From contig CAWBQQ010000002.1 in the NCBI GenBank assembly GCA_963790995.1, forward strand, positions 94,547-158,546: a stretch of DNA of 64,000 bases, written 5' to 3'. A program made the translations under genes and the position numbers. The notes under the pieces were generated by a model, which worked only from the letters and a program-made list of their open reading frames with translations, did no database searches and was not told where the DNA came from. Of the stretch, positions 19,395 to 27,612 are shown piece by piece; the stretch's first letter is position 1, and every line of letters starts with the position of its first letter. The stretch is from an uncultured Bacteroidota bacterium. Lineage in GTDB: Bacteria > Bacteroidota > Ignavibacteria > Kryptoniales > JAKASW01.

Positions 19395-20326
19395 TATCCG
19401 AACAAATCTCCCAACGGGCTGACGTTTATTCTTTCCGCAATCTTCCCTAACTCCGGGAAATACTTTATCACCGTGTCGGGTATGCGAACCTTTTCCACAT
19501 TGCGAAGCCTCTTTACAAGCTCCAGGGCATTTGCGACAGCCTTTCCCATCGGATGGTTGTTTGCGACGACATATACCCTGTCGCATCTCTCTTTCACTTT
19601 CCGGATTTTCCTTTCGATCTCGTCAAGCTCGGAAACGCCATACAGGTAATCATACCGGGCGTTGCGATCCATGTTATCATTCTCCGTGCCTTCTCTCAGT
19701 TCGTGCCGGCTGAGGCTCCACATTCCGGAATTCCTGCCGTGCAGGCGAATGTACCCGGTCTGCCCGAAAAGTTCGGTATCGAGCTCTGCCATGCCTTTGA
19801 GTAGCGGCTGGTCAATCGCGACGGCGTTGATGCCGTTTTGTTTGAGAAATTCCCTCCCGCGCTCCGTGTACCATGATGCGTGGCGAAGCTCGAAGAACAG
19901 CGTAAGATCGTGAAATTCACGGGCGATAAGAGAGACGTAAGACTTGTTTGGAATGTTTTCTTTGAAGTATTCCGAGAACTGGACGAGGACGCCGCCAAGC
20001 TTGCCTTGCTCCCTGAGCGGCGAAAGAAAATCCAGTATTATCTTCTTGTTGCCGTCGAACTCCTCATCCTTCCCGCGGCTCCCGTGCGTGAATTCCTTGT
20101 AGAGCTTCACTATGAAAACGAATTTCGGATTATGATCAACTTCCTTCAGCCACTTTTCAGATGCGGCTGGCGGAAAATGGCGATAATAAGTGCTGTTTAC
20201 TTCGACGCAATCGAAGAAGTCCGCGTAGAACTTCAATTCCGAAAACCCTTTCTGTTTCTTTTCAGGGTAGAACGGGCCGTGCCAATCGGCATAGCTCCAG
20301 CCTGCTGTGCCACCAAAGACTTCCAT
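19394..20326 (-). CDS. DUF72 (YecE-like TIM-barrel) family protein
   Basis: The N-terminus MEVFGGTAGWSYADWHGPFYP is typical of DUF72. The ATG at 20326 lies 1 nt after the lexA stop. The ORF-track start at 20359 would overlap lexA. Confidence 0.75.
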   Translation of the reverse strand: MEVFGGTAGWSYADWHGPFYPEKKQKGFSELKFYADFFDCVEVNSTYYRHFPPAASEKWLKEVDHNPKFVFIVKLYKEFTHGSRGKDEEFDGNKKIILDFLSPLREQGKLGGVLVQFSEYFKENIPNKSYVSLIAREFHDLTLFFELRHASWYTERGREFLKQNGINAVAIDQPLLKGMAELDTELFGQTGYIRLHGRNSGMWSLSRHELREGTENDNMDRNARYDYLYGVSELDEIERKIRKVKERCDRVYVVANNHPMGKAVANALELVKRLRNVEKVRIPDTVIKYFPELGKIAERINVSPLGDLFG

Positions 20327-20327
20327 T

Positions 20328-20954
20328 TCAATTAAGCCGCTTCTGTTTATGCTTTTCATAATTCTTAACGACGCTTATTACTCTTCCGAGTATCTCGAAA
20401 TCTGTCCCTTCGTCTTTTCTGTCGAGGATTATCGGTTTGTAATTGGGATTCTCCGACCTTAATACAATCCTGCCGCTCGTTCTTTTAAACCTCTTCACGA
20501 CGGGGCCGCCGTTGACACGCGCAATGACTATCGAGTTGTCATTCACCGAGTCCGTTTTCCGGTAGAATACTATCGAGCCGTCGGTTATACCTGCGTCCAC
20601 CATGCTATCCCCTCTTACAAGCATTCCCCTGTCTCCTTGTTTGATTCCAAGCGCATCCTTAGTGCTCAGGTAATCGATCGGTTCTTCGTCGGCAAACCCG
20701 GGAGAACCGGCTTTCACAAACGCGAAAATCGGAATTCGATCTTCACCCTTCAGCAGTCGAATACCGCGAGAGAGGCCGGCGTCTTTCCTTATAAAGCCCT
20801 TCTCCTGGAGCTTGTTAAGAATCTTCTGGACCGCACCTATTGTCACTTCGGTTCCTACGGCGATCTCTCGAATGCTCGGCGAGTAGCCTCTTTCCTTTGT
20901 AAACCTTTCTATGAAGCCGAGAGTTTCTTTCTGCCTTTCGCTTATTTCAATCAT
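20328..20954 (-). CDS. lexA: LexA repressor (S24 autopeptidase)
   Basis: The product has an N-terminal winged HTH (GYSPSIREIA), an Ala-Gly cleavage site (FVKAGSPGF), the Ser nucleophile (VRGDSMVDAGI) and the Lys (VVKRFKR). The start is taken at MIEISERQ. Confidence 0.9.
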   Translation of the reverse strand: MIEISERQKETLGFIERFTKERGYSPSIREIAVGTEVTIGAVQKILNKLQEKGFIRKDAGLSRGIRLLKGEDRIPIFAFVKAGSPGFADEEPIDYLSTKDALGIKQGDRGMLVRGDSMVDAGITDGSIVFYRKTDSVNDNSIVIARVNGGPVVKRFKRTSGRIVLRSENPNYKPIILDRKDEGTDFEILGRVISVVKNYEKHKQKRLN

Positions 20955-20976
20955 TTCTCTTCTCAATGAGTACCTG

Positions 20977-20992
20977 GTATACGAATGTATAC
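20977..20992. promoter_or_regulatory. Candidate LexA operator: GTATAC-N4-GTATAC in the lexA/helicase divergent promoter region
   Basis: The sequence GTATACGAATGTATAC lies 23-38 nt upstream of the lexA ATG, inside the 161-nt divergent intergenic region. The motif assignment is an inference only. Confidence 0.3.
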
Positions 20993-21115
20993 ATGCCGAT
21001 CCTGAAAGTCAAGCCCAAATACGCTCAAATCAAAATTCGTTCGATATTTGTTATCTTAAGCGTATGGAAAAGCAGGCGTTTCTTTTTACAAGACATTCAC
21101 AAAAAGAAATTTGTA

Positions 21116-23148
21116 ATGGCAGAGCAGGTAGATTCGAAAAATAAAGATTCCGGCGGCGGCGAGACAAAAACATACACGATAAAGACAAGCACGGTCGGAG
21201 AAGTTCAGCGCCGCGTTTTCAAAATCGATTACGAGCGAGACCTTAATCCCGACCAGCTTGAGGTCGTCCGGACGATTGACAGCCCGGTTCTCGTGGTTGC
21301 CGGCGCAGGAACAGGCAAGACGAAGGTGCTGATTTATCGGGTCGCCTATCTGGTTGAGCTCGGGGAGAATCCACGCTCCATTTTGCTTCTTACCTTTACA
21401 CGCAAGGCGGCAAGCGAAATGTTGAAGCGAGCCGCGTCTTTGCTTAAATCCACGTCGGCAGAACAAGTATCCGGCGGGACATTCCATTCATTCGCGAACA
21501 TGACCTTGAGGCATTATGCGAAAGCCCTCGGATACGGCGAGCAGTTCACGATTCTTGATGATTCCGACGCAGCAGACGTTGTGAATCTCCTGCGGACCCG
21601 GCTCGGGCCGGAAAAGAAGGCAAAGCGCTTTCCAAAGAAGGAAGCTCTCGTCGATATGTTCAGCAAATCGGAGAACACGCTGACAAAAATCGAAGAGGTT
21701 GTATTCATAGAGTATTCGCAGTTTACCGACCATATAAACGATATCATGACGCTCAAGAGACAATATGACGAATACAAGCGTAAGTACAATTTAATGGATT
21801 ACGACGACCTGCTGAAAAATCTCAGGCGGCTTCTGGAGCAGAACGAATCGATACGGAAAGCGATAGCCGGAAAATTCAGCTACATCATGGTCGACGAGTT
21901 TCAGGATACCAACAAAGTGCAGGGCGAAATCGTAAGGCTTCTCGGTATGGATAAGCAGAACGTCATGGCTGTCGGGGACGATGCACAGAGCATCTATTCA
22001 TTTCGCGGCGCAAATTTCAAAAACATCTTCGACTTCCCTGCCTTTTTCCCCGGATGCAAGATTATCAAGCTGACTGAGAACTACCGTTCGACGCAGGGCA
22101 TTCTTAATTTCACGAACAGAATTATTGAGGGAGCGAAGGAAAAGTACGATAAGGAGCTTTTCTCGCGGAAGGAAGCGGGAGAAAAGCCTGCTGTCGTCGT
22201 AACGGAAAATGAAAACGTCCAATCGAAGTTCGTCGTGCAGAGAATTCTCGAGCTTCGCGAGGCGGGAATGATTCTCAATGACATCGCAGTGCTTTTCCGT
22301 TCCTCGTACTTATCGTTCGATCTGGAAATTGAGCTCACGCGCGCGAATATCCCGTACGTGAAATTCGGCGGCATGAAATTAGTCGAGGCTGCCCACATCA
22401 AAGACGTTATCGGCTTCCTCAGAGTGATCGAGAACCCGCGCGACGCCGTTAGCTGGCACAGGATTCTGCTTCTCCACGCCGGTATCGGTCCTGCCATTGC
22501 AGAAAAGATTATCGGCAGAATTACTGCGGAGGGCGAAGAGACGCCGGCACTTGACACTGGAGGCACGAATATCCCGCCCGGTGCAGAAGATACTTATGAG
22601 CCTCATTTCAGAGAGAGGAAATAAGAAAGTTCAGCCGGTCGAGCAGGTTGAAGCGGTCATTCATTACTACGAGCCTTTAATGCGCGCCAAGTATGACGAT
22701 TACCAAAAGCGCGAGAAGGATCTTGCGATGCTCGCTTCGATTGCCGAGCGGTATAAATCGCTCCAGAGCTTCCTATCCGACCTCGCCCTGGAACCTCCCA
22801 CCGAGAGCCACATAGTATCTCGGAGCGAAAGACAAGAAAGAGGAACAAATAACGATTTCGACTGTCCATTCCGCAAAAGGGCTGGAGTGGAACAGCGTGT
22901 TTGTTATCTGGACGCTTGACGGGAAATTTCCGCCGATGTATGCTACCGATGATGACGATGCGCTTGAAGAAGAGAGAAGATTGATGTACGTCGCATGCAC
23001 AAGAGCCAAAGAGAATCTTTACATCACATATCCGGTGAACGTGTACGATCGGGAAACCGGCCGCATCTTTACAAAGCCAAGCAGGTACATTGAAGCAGTA
23101 CCCGCCGACAATTATGTGAAGTGGAATCTGAATTTCGACGCGCAATGA
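21116..23148 (+). pseudogene. UvrD/PcrA-family superfamily-1 helicase interrupted by two +1 frame displacements
   Basis: The gene is spread over three frames. Frame 1 (21116-22624) carries VVAGAGTGKTKVL, MVDEFQDTN and YRST. Frame 2 (about 22560-22919) carries VEAVIHYYEPLMRAKYDDYQKREKDLAMLAS. Frame 3 (22816-23148) carries EEQITISTVHSAKGLEWNSVFVIW...EEERRLMYVACTRAKENLYITY. The frame switches lie at about 22540-22600 and 22816-22845. Confidence 0.8.
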
Positions 23149-23516
23149 AGAAAGGGAGTTTCTCCGTTTACGAGCTTTCCGAAATATCGTGAATCGTTCC
23201 AGGTGTTGAAGCAGAAAATCCTGAAGTTCGGCATCAGCGAGCACCTTTACCTTCAGGCTCAGGGTAAGCATGTCCTTCGTTTAGCTGGCAATACATAAAC
23301 CATATTGCAGTGGGTACGGTGATGGACAGTCGGCCCGGACATCTTTGCCGCCGGCTTCACTATATTAGCAGCGCAAATCTCGGCCGGAGGCCTGAACCCG
23401 AGGTTCATACGCGGCCGAGATGCGGCTTGCACCGGAAAGATGGCGGACAAGCTGGCACAGTGCGTCTAACGTTTCTTGATATCTTATTTTGTCTTGCTGA
23501 AGATCCAACTTATGTC

Positions 23517-23656
23517 ACCCCTAAGGGGTTTAGATTGGATGGGAATGCCTTTTTCTACAACAATATCAGCCCTTTGGGCTTAAACGTGAAGACACCGAAG
23601 GTGTGCAATTATTGTAGGAAACCGATTTTGATAATCAATTCAACCCTGAAGGGGTG
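23517..23656. repeat. Cluster of four short GC-stem hairpins (5-bp stems, 3-4-nt loops)
   Basis: The four hairpins are ACCCCtaaGGGGT (23517-23529), AGCCCtttGGGCT (23568-23580), ACACCgaaGGTGT (23592-23604) and CAACCCtgaaGGGGTG (23641-23656). They lie in a noncoding stretch. Confidence 0.5.
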
Positions 23657-23779
23657 ATATAAAAGGCATTCGCAAGCAAAGGTATATCGGAGGCGCTGCA
23701 CTACCACAGAAATGACAATCCTTTTTCTCCACCCCCTGCCTCAACAGCCATATCCGCGTCGTATTCTTTCGTCTCTCTC

Positions 23780-24052
23780 CTATTCAAACCTCAGCCGTAC
23801 CATTTTGATCGCCCCGAAGAAATTCAACACTCTCAGCGGAGTCAGAACCCTCTTGTCCCAATATTGTCCCAGGTCGATCCTCGAGTAATACCGAAACACA
23901 TCGACCACTTTTATCCGATCGCTCCACTCTTCAAACTCCTTCACCGGGCCGATTTCCCACCGGTGCGGAACGAATAATTCCGATTTCATCCTCCCTCCTT
24001 TGACCAGCTTGTATCTCAGCTTCAGCAGCCATCTTGAATACACGTCAAACAT
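23780..24052 (-). CDS. Hypothetical protein; the reading frame is open up to the IS3 boundary at 24088
   Basis: This is a 90-aa ORF. Its C-terminal part (RYYSRIDLGQYWDKRVLTP) is encoded by the 70-nt repeat that is also present at 53637-53704. I do not recognise a family. Confidence 0.3.
   Translation of the reverse strand: MFDVYSRWLLKLRYKLVKGGRMKSELFVPHRWEIGPVKEFEEWSDRIKVVDVFRYYSRIDLGQYWDKRVLTPLRVLNFFGAIKMVRLRFE
23824..23893. repeat. About 70-nt repeat, copy 1 (partner at 53637-53704)
   Basis: The sequence CTCAGCGGAGTCAGAACCCTCTTGTCCCAATATTGTCCCAGGTCGATCCTCGAGTAATACC is almost identical to the copy at 53.6 kb, with 3-4 mismatches by eye. Confidence 0.7.
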
Positions 24053-24133
24053 GATTTCTCCCCCGGGGAATTCATTCCCGATGTCAACTGACCTGCCCCC
24101 AATTGATGTACCAATGCTAAGTTAGTCATCCGA

Positions 24134-24970
24134 TCAGACATTGGCAACCTGAGACGGATAATAAGCTTCTGGAGCTGGGGGCCTGTAGCCGAGAGAGCTA
24201 TGAGGTCTGACAGTGTTGTAGTGGATTCTCCACTTTTCGATGACGACTTTTGCTTCCATGATTGTGTCAAACACCTCTCGATTAAGTAACTCATCTCTGA
24301 ACTTCCCATTGAACGATTCGATGTAACCGTTCTCCCATGGACTGCCGGGCTCGATGAAAGCTGTGGTGACACCCAGGTGATGGAGCCATCTCCGTAGAAG
24401 CTCAGCGACGAACTCAGGTCCGTTGTCCGAGCGTATGAACTGTGGCGTACCATAGGCGATGAATATATCAGACAATGTATCGATCACGTCATTGGCTTTG
24501 ATCTTTCTCTCCACTCGACTGGTAAGACATGTTCTCGTGTACTCGTCGATTATGTTCAGTATTCGTAGCGCTCTCCCGTCACTGGTTCTCTCCGCAACAA
24601 AATCATAGCTCCAGACATGGTTCTTGTGTTCTGGACGGAGTCTTTTGCACGATCCGTCGTTGAACCACAGTCGTCTCCGCTTTGGCTGTTTTTGTGGCAC
24701 TTTTAGCCCTTTCTGGCGCCATAGCCTTTCCACTCGCTTGTGGTTCACATGCCATCCTTCTGTTCTCAAGAGAACTGTTATTCGCCTGTATCCATATCGT
24801 CCATACTCGCTGGCGAGCTCCACCATTCGTTCTGTAAGCCGTTCTGTGGCTGCATCCAGCCTTGCCACCACTCTTTGTGTTGACCTTGGTTGTTCCACTA
24901 CCTTGCAGGCTCTGCGTTCGGACACTTGTACTATCTCCATAACTTCTTCCACCGCCCGGCGTTTCTTCAC
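24134..24970 (-). CDS. IS3-family transposase OrfB (DDE/rve integrase core), probably expressed as an OrfAB fusion by -1 frameshifting
   Basis: The 278-aa product contains HVWSYDFV..., IRSDNGPEF and ESFNGKFRDELLN, the rve-domain DDE motifs. The ORF lies in the -1 frame relative to orfA. Confidence 0.9.
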   Translation of the reverse strand: MKKRRAVEEVMEIVQVSERRACKVVEQPRSTQRVVARLDAATERLTERMVELASEYGRYGYRRITVLLRTEGWHVNHKRVERLWRQKGLKVPQKQPKRRRLWFNDGSCKRLRPEHKNHVWSYDFVAERTSDGRALRILNIIDEYTRTCLTSRVERKIKANDVIDTLSDIFIAYGTPQFIRSDNGPEFVAELLRRWLHHLGVTTAFIEPGSPWENGYIESFNGKFRDELLNREVFDTIMEAKVVIEKWRIHYNTVRPHSSLGYRPPAPEAYYPSQVANV

Positions 24971-24975
24971 CGGGC

Positions 24976-25254
24976 TCAGTAGTTTCCCCGTGCGGCTTCC
25001 TTCAGTATTGAGTTATCTATTGTCAGATCTGCTGCCACCTTCCGGAGACGCTGGTTCTCCTGCTCGAGCTCCTTGTACCGCTTTGCTTGATCCACCTGAA
25101 GTCCACCGTATTCCTTCCTCCACTTGTAATATGTTGCATCGCTGATCCCCAGTTGTCGGACTACCTCAGCCAGCGTTTGGCCTTTTGCCATCATGACTTC
25201 TGCTTCTCGCAGCTTTGCTACAATTGTTTCTACCGTGTGTCGCGGCTTTCCCAT
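24976..25254 (-). CDS. IS3-family transposase OrfA (HTH)
   Basis: The 92-aa product MGKPRHTVETIVAKLREAEVMMAKGQTLAEVVRQLGISDATYYKWRKEYGG plus a leucine-zipper-like tail is typical of IS3 OrfA. Confidence 0.9.
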   Translation of the reverse strand: MGKPRHTVETIVAKLREAEVMMAKGQTLAEVVRQLGISDATYYKWRKEYGGLQVDQAKRYKELEQENQRLRKVAADLTIDNSILKEAARGNY

Positions 25255-25325
25255 TGTCGTTTCTCCTTTGATCCATAATATACCTTTTTACTAAGTCTAT
25301 TTTGGATCACTTTTTGGGGGGCAGG

Positions 25326-25718
25326 TCATGTTCCGTGAGCTGTTACCCCTTCTTTTCTGGCTGCAATCGTCAGCGCCTTATCGCCACTTAGCAAGGTGAG
25401 TTCGCGACTCTTCGCAATCATCAGGGCAAACAGATCGTTTCTGGAAGGTTTACTGTGTTTTTTGCTGAGATCTTCTACAATATACATTTCACTTCCTGTG
25501 GTACCTGATGCAATGAAACCAGCGCTCGCAAATGTCGCCGCAGGTGGATCCTGAAGTTCCTCAGCCAGAATAACATCAGGCAACAAGAAATAATAAGGAA
25601 GCTTGACCGTTGCGTCGAGGATTCCGCCATTGAACAAGTCAATGGCTACGGAAGTATCAATAACTAACTTCTGCTTTTCCTCCGACAAGTTCGGCTCCCA
25701 TTTGTTTGCGGAATTCAT
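25326..25718 (-). CDS. PIN-domain protein (DUF3368-like), probably 3'-truncated; its stop codon is supplied by the IS3 terminus
   Basis: The sequences LVIDTSVAIDL...LPDVILAEEL...SRNDLFALMIAKSRELTLLSGDKALTIAARKEGVTAHGT follow the PIN pattern. The TGA stop at 25328-25326 is the first three bases of the IS inverted repeat TGACCTGC. Confidence 0.6.
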   Translation of the reverse strand: MNSANKWEPNLSEEKQKLVIDTSVAIDLFNGGILDATVKLPYYFLLPDVILAEELQDPPAATFASAGFIASGTTGSEMYIVEDLSKKHSKPSRNDLFALMIAKSRELTLLSGDKALTIAARKEGVTAHGT

Positions 25719-26734
25719 TCAGCGGTCTTCCAAGAAGTTCTGCGGCTCTTCCGGAAGAGATCAGATCTTCGCTGACAGCCTGCAGGATCAGTCTTTCGAA
25801 TTGTCTCGGCTCTTCCGGCGGTATCAGATCTCCAGGCTCTTGTGAAGTCCATCCTCTAGACCGAAAAGTTTTGAATAAAATTGCAGCACAGCTGTTAGTA
25901 ATTATTCCAAGGTCCTGTGCTCTGTACACCCACGCCTGCATGCTTAAGCCATACTTTTTCTTAAGCATTGAAAGCTCAAGCAATTCAATACGTCGGCGAT
26001 GTTCCCCTAACTCTCGACATGCGGCCTCAGCAGGAACAAGAAACGACGCGGCAAACCTGTGTGCTGCTTTCTCGGGGTCGAACGTTTTTAGAAACTCTCA
26101 ACAGGAGGTGACCGAGCTCGTGCGCGAGGTTGAATCGTTCCCTGTCTCCAGTTAAACCTTTCTTCACAACGACGACAGGTATTTTGCCATTGGCCCAGCA
26201 AGAAAGGCCATCGAAATCATCATCACCGTCGAGTAAGATGACCTTGACGCCCCTGTCTTCGAATACCTCAAGCACATTCTCGATCGGGTCGATACCAAGG
26301 TTCCATCGTTTACGGAGTCTAAGCGATGATTCTTCGGCATCTTGGATTTTACTTATCTGCCTTTCTGAAGCAGGTGGCATTGTAAACCTCCGGAACCTTT
26401 TAGGCGGATACAATGATTCGACAAAGAGGTACCTTTCCAAAAGCTCTTGAGTTTTGGCTTTCAACACTTGTAGCCCCTTTGCCGATGCACCACCTCGCTT
26501 GCGATAAGCGGGTTCACTCAGTTCAACTGCATGTTCCTGCTCCCGGAAGAAGAACTCCACTTTGACACCAAGCGCGCCTGCTAATCGAAGAAGCACATCA
26601 GACCCGGGCATCGAGGTGTCTTGTTCATACTTGTGGATAGCTTGCCTGGAAACATAGTTCTGGGTCCTTTCGGCAAGTTCTTCAAGGGAAAGACCAAGCG
26701 CGATTCTGCGCTGTTTTATCCGGTCTCCAACCAT
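25657..26734 (-). CDS. XRE-family HTH fused to an ImmA/IrrE-type zinc metallopeptidase domain, split by a +1 frame displacement near the T5/A5 run at 26085-26089
   Basis: ORF 26027-26734 carries the HTH (IKQRRIALGLSLEELAERTQNYVSRQAIHKYEQ) and the HELGHLLL zinc motif. The other frame continues with DPEKAAHRFAASFLVPAEAA...LSMLKKKYGLSMQAWVYRAQDLGII (ORF 25657-25983), which is the remainder of the ImmA/IrrE domain. Confidence 0.75.
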
Positions 26735-26755
26735 AATATTTTCCTCCCAATGACA

Positions 26756-26793
26756 GTTGACAAATTAATAAATATATGAACGTTTGTCAACTA
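26756..26793. promoter_or_regulatory. Perfect 10-bp inverted repeat AGTTGACAAA-N18-TTTGTCAACT upstream of the XRE-ImmA gene (candidate operator/promoter)
   Basis: The repeat is seen directly 22-59 nt upstream of the ATG at 26734 and contains TTGACA. Its function is inferred. Confidence 0.35.
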
Positions 26794-26948
26794 CCGAAAA
26801 TTCCCATTGAAGGCGAAGAATGAATGCTGCCCCCTAACGATCCGGCAAAGAAGTAAGATCATTCGGCGCGCGATTCGCGTATCTATATGGTGTTATTTCT
26901 TGGGCACGTGTGAACGTGGGGGTATTTTTTGGGGGAAAGGAAAGATGG

Positions 26949-27527
26949 CTATTTCTTGAATCTGGAGAAGTATTCGTCTATTTCTGAACGAAGCTCGATT
27001 CCTACTCGCTCGAAGATATTTAATAATTCATCATACGCACCTTCGCCACCGATAAAATCCCAAAACTCTTTTGCAACTTTAAGCTCGTTGTCCAAATCAA
27101 GCATTCCTCTCATAGTCCAGCGATTATAAGGCTGTGGTTCGTATGGATTGTACGGAATAGCTATGATTGTATTTACTTTTGACTTTGGGTTTTCGGCAAG
27201 CACGGCAGCAACCCATTCCAACAACGTCCGCTTAAATTCTTTAAACCCTCCTGCGTTTGGCTTAGCAGTCTTAATGTCGAAGAGAAACAGTTCACCAGAG
27301 TTGCTTTCAATTTGGACATCGACTCGAGTCGGTTTCACCTTCTTCATCTTGCCTTTTTGACATACCTTTCGAATCTTTTCAATTTCTTTTGCCTTGTTCG
27401 GTGAATCGCTCGCTGTTGTTAGATCATCCATTATCTCTTGTATAACTTTATGAGCTTCTACGCTTATTTGTGTGCCCGCTATGGCTTGCGATTGGGCAGA
27501 CTTAAAATTCTTTCGCGCCAACGCCAA
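26949..27527 (-). CDS. Putative type II restriction endonuclease with a PD-(D/E)xK signature (possibly TdeIII-like)
   Basis: This is a 192-aa ORF. The segment PTRVDVQIESNSGELFLFDIKTAKPN fits the pattern D...x13...(D/E)xK. It lies in an operon-like array with a DNA methyltransferase. The family name comes from memory and has not been verified. Confidence 0.45.
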   Translation of the reverse strand: MALARKNFKSAQSQAIAGTQISVEAHKVIQEIMDDLTTASDSPNKAKEIEKIRKVCQKGKMKKVKPTRVDVQIESNSGELFLFDIKTAKPNAGGFKEFKRTLLEWVAAVLAENPKSKVNTIIAIPYNPYEPQPYNRWTMRGMLDLDNELKVAKEFWDFIGGEGAYDELLNIFERVGIELRSEIDEYFSRFKK

Positions 27528-27612
27528 AGCGACAGGTTCAAAGATCGCAGTACCAAAGTTTGTGTTGAGCGAAACGATTGATGCGGAAACGTCCGCTGGG
27601 ATTGATGTTTGC

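Larger units (their letters stand above)
24089..25328 (-). mobile_element. IS3-family insertion sequence, complete copy (about 1240 bp)
   Basis: The terminal inverted repeats both begin TGACCTGCCCCC, at 24089 (plus strand) and at 25328 (minus strand). The element has the orfA (HTH) plus orfB (DDE integrase core) arrangement, with orfB in the -1 frame. A second copy at 63607 onward shares the same end sequence. Confidence 0.9.
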
